From positions 1 to 53,769 of the forward strand of contig JANWIW010000029.1 in NCBI GenBank assembly GCA_025449695.1: a stretch of DNA of 53,769 bases. The letters are read 5' to 3'. The notes under the pieces are model-generated. The model did no database searches. It was not told where the DNA came from and saw only the letters and a list, made by a program, of their open reading frames with translations. The DNA comes from Minisyncoccota bacterium (lineage in GTDB: Bacteria > Patescibacteriota > Minisyncoccia > UBA6257 > 2-01-FULL-56-20). The position numbers were made by a program, and so were the translations under genes. Of this stretch, positions 44,601 through 52,795 are shown one piece after another (the stretch's first letter is position 1; each line of letters starts with the position of its first letter).

Positions 44601-46270
44601 CGGTGAGCGCGTCCGAGCTCGGAGAACGCATCCGGCATGTGCGGGAAGGGTTGAAAGTGGTGACCGGACAGACCGTCCTGGAGCGCGTAGCGGAGATGTA
44701 TCTGCGTCCCGCAGGGCTCACGCGGCCGGAAGAACTTCTGGAGGTCATGCGCGCCGCGAAGACCTCCGCCGATTCGAGGGGCCGCGCCATGATCGCGGAA
44801 GTCCTCCGGACGGAAGGGCAGACCCTCGGAATAAACGAGGGGGACCTGCTGAAAGCCGTGAACCACAAGTACATCGGCAACATCCTCCAGAACGGCTCGG
44901 TGGCTAAGGAGTTCCTCGGCGCGAATTCCGACTCTGACTCGACCCCGCTCGACACCGATGTGAGCATTGTTCTCCCGGAAGATCTCAAAGAAGGGAATGC
45001 GGGAGCTATCCGCAATTCCCACGCGAACGACAGCACGTACGGCTCGTTGCTTTTCGTGCTCAAGGACCATGGCCGGTTCCAGCGCACCGAAGAGGGCGTG
45101 AACGTGCGGCCGGAGGCCGGCAAGCGGGAGCTCTTCAAGACGGGCGTGCTCGGCGAGCGGCACTATGGGATCAGGACCGGATTCGCGTCCACGGAGATCG
45201 ATTTCATGGTGGCGAAAGAAGAAATCACCCGCGATGCCAAAGGCATGGAAAAGCTGTTCTTCGAAATTGTGCAGAACGGATTCTACGTGCCCATCGTGGA
45301 CATCGAAGGCAAAATCATCTTCACCCCGGAGATGTATGATGAGCGGCGACGGGCTTTCGCGGGAGTGGAGAAGTTCGACGGCGAGCCGTTGCGGTTCGAG
45401 CCATTGTCCCCGGATAGCCGTTCCTACGGCCAGATCCGGGAGATCGGCGCGGCCTTCCCGGAGGACAGTGAACGGGTCCGGACCGCGGCCGGAGCCATCC
45501 GGAGCGAGATCCAGGTTGCCCTGGGCGGCCTGGGAGTGAGTCTCAGATCCGAGTTCGACACGGGCATTCTTGGCGCCGAGCTCCTGGACACCGGTTCGAC
45601 CGGCCGGTACACCAACATGCCCGGTGATTTCGACTTCGATTTCAGCCTGAAGCTGGATGCGAACGATTTCCCGAAAGCGAAGGCGCTCGCGCAGGCAATC
45701 AATAGCTTAATGGTCAAGGAAGGGAGCAATGATCACGAGGAGGAAGGAGGATACTACCAATTGAGGGCAAAAGGCGTCACTCGGATAGGAGACCGCGTCT
45801 TCGAAAAGCCCCTCGACATCGATATCGGCTTCGCCAGCAAATCGGATCTTAGCGTGTATGGTTCGCATGACGCGATCCGCGATAAGTTGGATCACATCAG
45901 GGAGCACCAAGGCGAGGAAGCATATCGGGAATCCGTTGCCAACGTCATACTTGCCAAGACCTTTCTGAAGGAAGGCCATGCGTATAAGAAGGGAGAAGCC
46001 GCGGACGGAGGAATGGGCGGCATTGGCGTGGAGAACTGGATTCTCGCGCATGGCGGCAATATGGAATCCGCGTTCCGCAGTTTCTACGATGCCGCTCATG
46101 ACGAACAGGGCAATCGGGTCTCTATCGATGAATTCAGGAAGCGGTACCGGGTTCTGGACGCGGGAGTCAACATCAAATACCTTGGCCACGACAATTTTAT
46201 CGACATCCTGAAGCCCCAGGGGTACGAGGCGATGCTGGCCGTCATTGAAGGGTATTTGGAAGGGAAATAA
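41663..46270 (+). CDS. 1535-aa protein with a C-terminal Pol-beta-superfamily nucleotidyltransferase and a preceding ART-like domain
   Basis: TGSTGRYTNMPGDFDFD...DIDIGF...AKTFLK...GGIGVENWIL; LLKAVNHKYIGNILQNG...YG...IRTG. Confidence 0.7.
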   Translation: MTNETKKPLDSIGEIPAGTVEGASERKLDERTLQEALERAGVEVESEGARVLDEAERRAAPPSSIVLDPSKVEAIREEGGFGSRIQGLRDMISGLVQATKDKIAAIAKNREEGRLISEVKSQRVENPQRVAELGRYLERQAVEKHSETFSDREQGQQRAEAQAAKLRSEGYSVSAIPYGATKDYIATKETPYVFRPKESQVLVQHLADMAAASPNAIRVFEALQGFGFRLELQGFGASSGAVLNGAQGLKELVREPNAAAFLERLSALGPETVTREFTGHLGKDETFRRLAQLAKKEAEHPFLAESGPALARVAEAFGHPLELSNLETWARLAEDEAVLEILPSLVDKYGKAVGETGRSGYGHELQEKTIIKEVATLKDANVAGEFAALIKAGFPANALGYMDGNAHSTATRNIKRAVEAFAETPGLQELMRGMVDVFGMRDVVDSRTLAQCKEFLNDVPSAPAALSLLARRGIKTRPEDNRYLLEPSARQDIRKTFDAMAEPDFEAFMTQCQQLGYRFGEDDFLPSYRNDARFNGVVQNYQNEAFRSALGSEEGQALSAYLKVFEMPSLRWYGEIVVEMLAIPDALATMQKLEKAYGYRYAAASDQIGEAYKLTEALKDQELCRKLVDPSMVRILSGQAGFDIKFSMLDAKRQVALLEKPSTKAVLEDAEAIGFAKEILGSSTSLKDIIGLAQCDPSLRPLLRRMVTEFHYSPLVLDHEDEQGNPSYTLYEEGTLKRLRDDPTILEVQGRLKQAGLEKNPMHWAPELRKAADLDLVALFERYAGSPGTLQMIWQNMEAMAELRSLYPDKVETYMEIFQKVADSPSQEVQRLKDQLLSQLLRSEHPVEDYQKIESIFIKNNVPTVGKVFNVFQVLYDSGRVDQILKGNTRLSPVLEASGSGRRYYTIYQDLLSVHIESGNRSLKEYVEVLQSGGDLLDRFEQEGLASLEEREQERLRYFVGKLETLLSRSALETAGEAFAVSASELGERIRHVREGLKVVTGQTVLERVAEMYLRPAGLTRPEELLEVMRAAKTSADSRGRAMIAEVLRTEGQTLGINEGDLLKAVNHKYIGNILQNGSVAKEFLGANSDSDSTPLDTDVSIVLPEDLKEGNAGAIRNSHANDSTYGSLLFVLKDHGRFQRTEEGVNVRPEAGKRELFKTGVLGERHYGIRTGFASTEIDFMVAKEEITRDAKGMEKLFFEIVQNGFYVPIVDIEGKIIFTPEMYDERRRAFAGVEKFDGEPLRFEPLSPDSRSYGQIREIGAAFPEDSERVRTAAGAIRSEIQVALGGLGVSLRSEFDTGILGAELLDTGSTGRYTNMPGDFDFDFSLKLDANDFPKAKALAQAINSLMVKEGSNDHEEEGGYYQLRAKGVTRIGDRVFEKPLDIDIGFASKSDLSVYGSHDAIRDKLDHIREHQGEEAYRESVANVILAKTFLKEGHAYKKGEAADGGMGGIGVENWILAHGGNMESAFRSFYDAAHDEQGNRVSIDEFRKRYRVLDAGVNIKYLGHDNFIDILKPQGYEAMLAVIEGYLEGK

Positions 46271-46329
46271 GGCCATGAAGGTCCTTCGCGTTTCTGGAGC
46301 TACCGCTTTCACGGTACACTAAATCATCC

Positions 46330-48000
46330 ATGGCCAAAGAGACGAAGATATGCAGAAACTGCACCGGCTCTTTTACGATCGAGCCGGACGACGCGGCGTT
46401 CTATGCGCGCATAGACGTGCCGCTGCCCACGCTTTGCCCGGAGTGCCGCTTCAAGCGGCGAGCGGTCTGGCGAAACGAGACCACTCTCTATAACCGGGCC
46501 TGCGGCCTGTGCAACGCGCCGGTTATCAGCATGTATAACCCCAAATCCCCGTATGTGGTCTATTGCAATACCTGCTGGATTTCAGACAAGTGGGATCCCG
46601 GATCTTATGCCATGGACTACGACCCGGAGCGCCCCTTCCTGGAGCAGTTCAATGCCCTCCTTCTTAAAGTGCCTAAATGGGCAACCTACAGCAGTCCTGC
46701 TTCGGGGCCGAACATCAACAGCGAATATACGAACTTCGCGGGCGGCAACAAGGATTGTTACCTGATTTTCAACTCGGGGCCAAAAAATGAGAACTGCGCT
46801 TATTCCCGGGGCCTGACCAATACCCAGAATGTGTTCGATACCTACTACGGCGACGGCCTGGAGCGGGTGTACGAGGGGGTGAACGTCCAAAAGAGCGCAG
46901 GGGTCGCCTGGAGCACCGATGTGTCCGATTGCCTGGACTCCGCGTTTCTTCTCAACTGCAGCGGTTGCAAGGATTGCTTCGGCTGCGTGAATCTGCGCCA
47001 CGCGACGAACTGCTTCTTCAATGAGCAACTGACCGCGGAGGAATATCGCCGCCGAGTAGACGAGATCACGGGCAGCCGCACGAAGATAGCCGAAGCCCGC
47101 CGGCGGTTCGAAGAACTTGCCCGGAATCTACCTCGCCGCGAGAACAGCAACCTCAAATCCGTGAACTGCATTGGCAATTACCTCATCGAATCCAAGGATT
47201 GCCGCCATTCTTTCGAGGTGGCCGGCGGCGAGAACCTTTGCTATTCCTTTTCTACGAAATGGGGCAAGGATAACTACGACATAGCAGGTCATGGCCGGAA
47301 GAGCGAACTTCTCTACGAGTGCGTCGGGGTAGGTTGGAGCTCGCGGATATGGTTCTCTTCTTCCGTCGAGAGCTCGCACGACGTCGAATATTCCCATACT
47401 GTGCGTTCCAGCCAGTACTGTTTCGGTTGCGATGCGGTCCGGAACGGGGAGCATATGATATTGAACAAGAGATACACGGAGGAGGAATACCGCCGTCTCC
47501 GCGAGGACATCATCGGCAAGATGAAGGCGGAAGGGACCTATGGAGAGTTCTTTCCAATAGGAATGGCCCCCTTCGGCTACAACGAGACCGTGGCGGAAGA
47601 TAATTTTCCGCTTTCCCGCGAGGAGGCCGTCGCGCATGGCTACCGTTGGGAAGAAAACGTGCAGATGACGACGGGCAAAGAAACCTTGCGGCCGGAGGAA
47701 GTTCCGGACCACATTGACGATGTGCAGGATTCGATATTGGGCGGCGTCCTGCGTTGCGCGGGATGTGGACGGAATTACAAGGTCATCCCCGTTGAACTTG
47801 CCTTCTATCGCCAGATGAAGTTGCCGGTCCCTGCAGAGTGTTTCTACTGCCGCCACCGCGCCCGGATCCGGAGAAGGGGACCGATGGAAATATTCGACAG
47901 TGCGTGTGCCAAGTGCGACAAGAGCATCAAGACTACTTATGCGCCGGACCGCCCGGAGATCGTGTATTGCGAAAGTTGTTATCAATCAGAGGTGGCATAA
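46330..48000 (+). CDS. Cys-rich CPR-type hypothetical protein with multiple CxxC zinc-ribbon motifs
   Basis: CRNC, CPEC, CGLC, CNTC, CFGC repeats, CAGC, CFYC, CAKC, CESC. Confidence 0.85.
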   Translation: MAKETKICRNCTGSFTIEPDDAAFYARIDVPLPTLCPECRFKRRAVWRNETTLYNRACGLCNAPVISMYNPKSPYVVYCNTCWISDKWDPGSYAMDYDPERPFLEQFNALLLKVPKWATYSSPASGPNINSEYTNFAGGNKDCYLIFNSGPKNENCAYSRGLTNTQNVFDTYYGDGLERVYEGVNVQKSAGVAWSTDVSDCLDSAFLLNCSGCKDCFGCVNLRHATNCFFNEQLTAEEYRRRVDEITGSRTKIAEARRRFEELARNLPRRENSNLKSVNCIGNYLIESKDCRHSFEVAGGENLCYSFSTKWGKDNYDIAGHGRKSELLYECVGVGWSSRIWFSSSVESSHDVEYSHTVRSSQYCFGCDAVRNGEHMILNKRYTEEEYRRLREDIIGKMKAEGTYGEFFPIGMAPFGYNETVAEDNFPLSREEAVAHGYRWEENVQMTTGKETLRPEEVPDHIDDVQDSILGGVLRCAGCGRNYKVIPVELAFYRQMKLPVPAECFYCRHRARIRRRGPMEIFDSACAKCDKSIKTTYAPDRPEIVYCESCYQSEVA

Positions 48001-48181
48001 CAACTTTCGTCCTGAGCTTGCTTGTTCCTCAGCCTATCGAAGAGGCCGAATCCGTCGAAGGGCGAGGCGTGCTACCAACAGGCAGTGATTTGACAACAGA
48101 GTATTTTAGGTTGCAGTCAATTTTTAAAGCAGTTTGTTATTTTGTTCGTCGAAAAAGGTTGATTTTCAAGGCAAAATGACA

Positions 48182-48212
48182 TTGACATTATAGCACTAAT
48201 TGTGTTATAATG
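48182..48212 (+). promoter_or_regulatory. strong promoter with an overlapping palindromic operator
   Basis: TTGACA-18-TATAAT with extended TG; CATTATAGCAC-taatt-GTGTTATAATG palindrome. Confidence 0.7.
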
Positions 48213-48231
48213 TGAGCCTAGGAGGTAAGTC

Positions 48232-48528
48232 ATGTCCTTTGATACAACTCATTTCCGTGCGATGGTTGCAGAATGCATCCAGAAGTATGGTATCGATATC
48301 CAGAGCCTCCAGGCTCTTGCAGGCCTGCTGGGTACGCTTTCTCTCGCACCGCACACCATCTTCTACATCCAAAGCCTCACCACGGAGCATGCCGATGGCC
48401 CGATCCCGGAATCGGTCATCGACGAAATCGCCGACGCGCTGGTTGCGACCAAAGAAACGACCAGTTTCGTAGCGGCAACGAGTAGTTCGTTCCGTTGCAC
48501 TACCACCGCGGCGGCCGCAACCGCCTGA
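48232..48528 (+). CDS. hypothetical protein (98 aa)
   Basis: AGGAGGT RBS and a consensus promoter. Confidence 0.65.
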   Translation: MSFDTTHFRAMVAECIQKYGIDIQSLQALAGLLGTLSLAPHTIFYIQSLTTEHADGPIPESVIDEIADALVATKETTSFVAATSSSFRCTTTAAAATA

Positions 48529-48636
48529 GTGGTCATTATCGTATGCCGCAGCTTCACCGCTGCGGCACACGAATTTTCAGGCGTTATCCCCAGGGTCCGG
48601 TTTTGACCTCCGGCCACAAGCTTTTATTGTGAACGT

Positions 48637-49161
48637 ATGGAACCCGATCAAGCACCGCGCCCGCGCATCTTTTCACGGCACTTCTTTCATGTTGTTACGG
48701 TGTTCTTGGTGATCATCGCCGCGCCCGCGATGTATGTGTACTGGGCAGGGAGACCTGTCCAAGGAACTATCCAGGAAACGGGCACGGAGGAAGATTACCG
48801 GCAATACCGGAACGAAACCGAAAAATATGAAGACACGCTGCGCGCGGATACATACGGCGGCGCATCGCCCGAGGAAACCCTGAGCCTTTTTATAAAAGCG
48901 CTGGCGGCATCGGATGCGGCCCTGGCCAGCAAGTATTTCGAGCCGCCCGAGGCCAAGCAGGAAGAGTGGCGGGCCAAGCTCGCGGCACAGCAAGCGATCC
49001 TTCCACGCCTGGCCGCGGAGCTCGAGAAGTATGACGAGCTGAAGCAACTGACTCCCGCAACTTCCCTCTTCATCTACAAAAATGCCGACGGCTCAGTGGG
49101 ATTGCAGCTTTCTATGCGGTACATACCTCTCTCCAAGCTATGGAAGATCGAAGGTCTTTGA
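48637..49161 (+). CDS. membrane-anchored hypothetical protein
   Basis: N-terminal TM; DTYGGASPEETL...LASKYF...WKI. Confidence 0.8.
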   Translation: MEPDQAPRPRIFSRHFFHVVTVFLVIIAAPAMYVYWAGRPVQGTIQETGTEEDYRQYRNETEKYEDTLRADTYGGASPEETLSLFIKALAASDAALASKYFEPPEAKQEEWRAKLAAQQAILPRLAAELEKYDELKQLTPATSLFIYKNADGSVGLQLSMRYIPLSKLWKIEGL

Positions 49162-49223
49162 TCAGGATATCCTCTGCCGGATCAGTTTAAGGAAAATTGA
49201 TGGCGTTCGCGTAAGGTAAGGCC

Positions 49224-51269
49224 ATGCGTGCACGCATGGCCATCATCTTTACCGCCCTTCTCGCGGTGCTCGCGCCTCAGTATGCGCAAGCATATGGGAC
49301 GCAGACCCATGCATATTTGACCGGTGTGGCGTTTGATCTCTACAACGCCAGCGCTCAAGAGCCCTTGCCGGCCGAGTGGCGGGATTATATGGTCGAAGGT
49401 TCCCGCGCGGAAGATGCCGACCCGCGCTATATGAATCACTTTTATGATCCGGTAGGGAACCGGGGGTTGCGCCGCGATCCAGCCATAGACCCCTTTTATT
49501 TTCTTGGTACCTGGCCTTCCTCCAAGGCGTGGGCACAGGATGGCAGCGCTCAGAATCGTCCTTTCTACAAGCTAAGCGCGGCAATGGCCGCGGCGGAAAG
49601 CGATTTCAGCTGGGATGCGGGCATCCGTGCCTATGCGCGCGGCGAACACGGGAAGGCAATGGCTATTCTGGGGCACATCCTGCATCTCATCGAGGACCTG
49701 GCAGTTCCGGAGCACACCCGCAACGATCCTCATCCGCTCGGATGCCCCTACGAAGATTGGACGGCGCGCTTCGATCCCGGCCACCCCGACCCGGGCCTTC
49801 GGGACAGGCTCCAAGGCATGGCGCCGGTTCGCCTGGATGATCTGAACGCCTACTTCGACGATCTTGCGCGTTACACGAACTCCCATTTCTACAGCCACGA
49901 CACGATCGGCATCCAGAACGGCTATTCCGCGCCGGTGTCGGAGGTCCTGGAACGGAGGAACGGCCTGTGGTTCCGGATGGGGGAGGACGAGGAAGGATCC
50001 TATCCGCTGGTCCAACAGGTGCGATTGAACCGGTTCAACTTCGCGGTGGCCCTGGCAGGGGACCTGTCTCTTGCGGACCCGAACGGCACGGTTATGGAAG
50101 CGTACTGGTTCCGCCTTGCGCCGCGGGCCGTCCGATACTCAGCGGGAGTGATAGATCTTTTCTTAAAGGAAGGGGAGCGGGCAAAACGCAATCCCCTGTT
50201 TGCAAGTACAGAACGGGAATCGTGGTTGGACCGCTTCGGCACGGCGGTCAGGAGAGCGGTCGGTGCAGTTCTCGACGGTAATGCCGGACCGGCGGTTCTC
50301 GCACCGTTGCCGGCGGGGCATGGATCTCCGGAACCCCTGCAGGCCGGACCTGCGGTAGAGAAGGAACCGGCCCTGCCCGGCGCTCCCGGCAAGGAAGCCG
50401 GTCCGAAGCTTCCCATCTCATCCTCTACGACTGCAGCTTTTCCTCCAGTCTCCTTGATCACTGTACCTGTCCCTTCCCAGATGGCGTCCGCGACTGTGGC
50501 AAAGGTCAAAACCGCATCTTTCCCGGATACGCTCGTAGTCTCTCTGCCGCTTGTCTTCTATGGTGGCGCACCTTCCGCAATCACCTCGCCGTCCGTTACA
50601 GAGAAGATCATCGAGCAAGTGTACGATAGCCTGGAAGAGGCTGCTGCTCCACCCCCGGCGCCCACGAGCACGATTCCGGAAACGGGAGGAGAAGGAGATC
50701 AAGAGGAGAATGAGGAAGAGAGTGGGGATATTCCAACCGCCACGTCCACGGACGAAGGCGCCTCGGGAGGAGTCCTCATCTTGCCCGAGCCTCCGCCAAT
50801 CGCGACGAGCACCGAGCCCGGTCCTTTTCCCGGCACCGCGTCGACTACCGCCACCTCTACGGATTCCGGTATTCCACCTGAGCCGCGGACCGCGAGTGGA
50901 GCCTTTGATCGCGCCTCGTTCCCGAACGAATACTGCAATTTCGGAAAGGCGACGCTCGTACCCGCCGAAGATATACGGATCGCTTCCGTCGATTTCTTCG
51001 CGGCCTGCGCCAATGGGTTCTGCGGCGGCCCGGATACCTTCCGTATCTTCGACGAAGACGGCTTGACCATGCTTGCGGAAAGCAAACCGGGCATGTTCGG
51101 CCATGTGGAGCTCCGGCCTATGTATCTTGAGTTCTGGCCAGAGGACCGGATAGTCCTCACGGCCGGACACACGTACCGCATCACTCCCTTCGCCGGGAAC
51201 GGCCAGTGCATGGTGGATTCCTGGGGAGGCCCGCGCGGCATCTTCACATTGAATGGAATCGCCCCGTAA
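49224..51269 (+). CDS. secreted protein with a zinc-dependent phospholipase C/P1-nuclease domain, P/T/E-rich linker and C-terminal beta domain
   Basis: signal peptide AQA-YGTQTH, NHFYDP, LGHILHLIEDLAVPEH, YE. Confidence 0.8.
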   Translation: MRARMAIIFTALLAVLAPQYAQAYGTQTHAYLTGVAFDLYNASAQEPLPAEWRDYMVEGSRAEDADPRYMNHFYDPVGNRGLRRDPAIDPFYFLGTWPSSKAWAQDGSAQNRPFYKLSAAMAAAESDFSWDAGIRAYARGEHGKAMAILGHILHLIEDLAVPEHTRNDPHPLGCPYEDWTARFDPGHPDPGLRDRLQGMAPVRLDDLNAYFDDLARYTNSHFYSHDTIGIQNGYSAPVSEVLERRNGLWFRMGEDEEGSYPLVQQVRLNRFNFAVALAGDLSLADPNGTVMEAYWFRLAPRAVRYSAGVIDLFLKEGERAKRNPLFASTERESWLDRFGTAVRRAVGAVLDGNAGPAVLAPLPAGHGSPEPLQAGPAVEKEPALPGAPGKEAGPKLPISSSTTAAFPPVSLITVPVPSQMASATVAKVKTASFPDTLVVSLPLVFYGGAPSAITSPSVTEKIIEQVYDSLEEAAAPPPAPTSTIPETGGEGDQEENEEESGDIPTATSTDEGASGGVLILPEPPPIATSTEPGPFPGTASTTATSTDSGIPPEPRTASGAFDRASFPNEYCNFGKATLVPAEDIRIASVDFFAACANGFCGGPDTFRIFDEDGLTMLAESKPGMFGHVELRPMYLEFWPEDRIVLTAGHTYRITPFAGNGQCMVDSWGGPRGIFTLNGIAP

Positions 51270-51298
51270 AGCAGCGGGCCGGTGCTATAATAAAGCGT

Positions 51299-52795
51299 AT
51301 GTCGCTTCTCATCCGCAACGTGAGCGTGCTCGGCTCGACGCAGGACCTGCCGGAGCGCGCGGACGTGTTCGTGAATGGCGACACAATCTCCGCCATCGGC
51401 AACTTCCCGCAGAAGAGCGCCGACGAGGTGATCGACGGGCAGGGCGCGTATCTCTCGCCAGGCTTCATCGACGTGGATACGACTTCGGACCATTATCTCA
51501 CCCTCTTTTCCGGTCCCGGGCAGGAGGATTTCCTGAGGCAAGGAGTAACCACTATCGTGGGCGGCCACTGCGGCGCGAGCCTGGCTCCCTTGCTCTATGG
51601 CAGCCTTGAATCCATACGCAAGTGGGGGGATCCGGAGAAGGTGAACGTGGACTGGCACACCGTTGCCGAGCTCTTTGAGGCGCTGAAACGCCGTCCGCTC
51701 GGGGTTAATTTTGCGACCTTCGCCGGTCATTCCACCATCCGCCGGGCGATGCTCGGCGAGGACATCCGCGATCTTGCCAAGAACGAGATCGCGGTCTTCA
51801 AGGGAGTCATCGAGAAGGCGATGACGGACGGGGCGATGGGGCTCTCGAGCGGTTTGGAATACGTACACAGCCGGGGCGCCTCTTACGCGGAATTGAAGGC
51901 TCTCCTCGCCGCGGTTGGGCCGAATGGAATCTACGCGACGCACCTGCGCCATGCCGCGGGCGCCGTGGACGGCGGCATGGAGGAGGCGGTCAGGCTGCAT
52001 CAGGAGACGGGCGTGCCGGCGCTCGTGAGCCACTTTGTGCCGGTCCACAGGTTCCGCAAGGAATATCTCCGCGCGCTCGAGCTTATGGACGCCCTGCCGG
52101 CGGAGGCAGACTTCCACTTCGACGTCTATCCTTTCGGCGGTACGGTGTTCGCGCTGTACCGTCTCATGCCGGAGTGGGCTCAGAACGGCAACCTCGAGCT
52201 CATGGTCAGGAACGTGGCGGATGAATGGCTCGGCAAGCGCATCACCGCGAGCCTGCCGGAAATCGACCCCCTGCAGATCACGATCGAGGCGGCGCGCAAT
52301 CCCGATCTCGCCGGCCGGACGCTCGCCGAGTTCATGGAGTTCGCCGGCGTCGAAGGAGCCCGGGCGGGACTTCTGGAGCTCATGCGCGCCACCCGCCTGC
52401 AGGCGGTGGTCTCCTGGCAGAACGTGGACGAGGGGCTCCTGGAGGAAGCCTTGCTGCATCCGCGGGCCCTCATTGGCTCGCACGCCGCCGCCGGCATCGA
52501 GGTGTACGAACGGGAGACCTTTTTGCAGGAGCGGGCCCGCCGGGCATTCACCGCCTTCCTGGGCCGCATGGAGGAAAAGAAAATGCTGGAGGAGGGGGTC
52601 CGGCGGGTGACCGCCATGCCCGCGAAGAAGTTCGGCTTCAAGCGGAGGGGTGCCGTGGCGCAGGGCTATGCCGCCGATCTGGTCATCTTCAAATCCGGCG
52701 CGGTCCGGACCGTGGTAGTGAACGGCAAGGTCGCCCTCCACGAAGGCAATCCGACAGGCGCGCTCGCAGGGCGCCCGTTGCGTCGCGAGCCATGA
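51299..52795 (+). CDS. N-acyl-D-amino-acid deacylase-like amidohydrolase with a degenerate metal site
   Basis: PGFIDVDTTSD, QGVTTIVGGHCG, GLSSGLEY, YATHLR, ADLVIF; TATAAT at 51286 supports a leaderless start. Confidence 0.85.
   Translation: MSLLIRNVSVLGSTQDLPERADVFVNGDTISAIGNFPQKSADEVIDGQGAYLSPGFIDVDTTSDHYLTLFSGPGQEDFLRQGVTTIVGGHCGASLAPLLYGSLESIRKWGDPEKVNVDWHTVAELFEALKRRPLGVNFATFAGHSTIRRAMLGEDIRDLAKNEIAVFKGVIEKAMTDGAMGLSSGLEYVHSRGASYAELKALLAAVGPNGIYATHLRHAAGAVDGGMEEAVRLHQETGVPALVSHFVPVHRFRKEYLRALELMDALPAEADFHFDVYPFGGTVFALYRLMPEWAQNGNLELMVRNVADEWLGKRITASLPEIDPLQITIEAARNPDLAGRTLAEFMEFAGVEGARAGLLELMRATRLQAVVSWQNVDEGLLEEALLHPRALIGSHAAAGIEVYERETFLQERARRAFTAFLGRMEEKKMLEEGVRRVTAMPAKKFGFKRRGAVAQGYAADLVIFKSGAVRTVVVNGKVALHEGNPTGALAGRPLRREP

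Noticed and set aside
45580-46270. Canonical CBASS operon
   Set aside because: The nucleotidyltransferase is fused to a giant protein with no adjacent effector or Cap genes.
48006-48065. TTCGTCCTGAGCTTG...GTCGAAGGGCGA REP-like remnant
   Set aside because: Single degenerate copy in the window; cannot be supported further.
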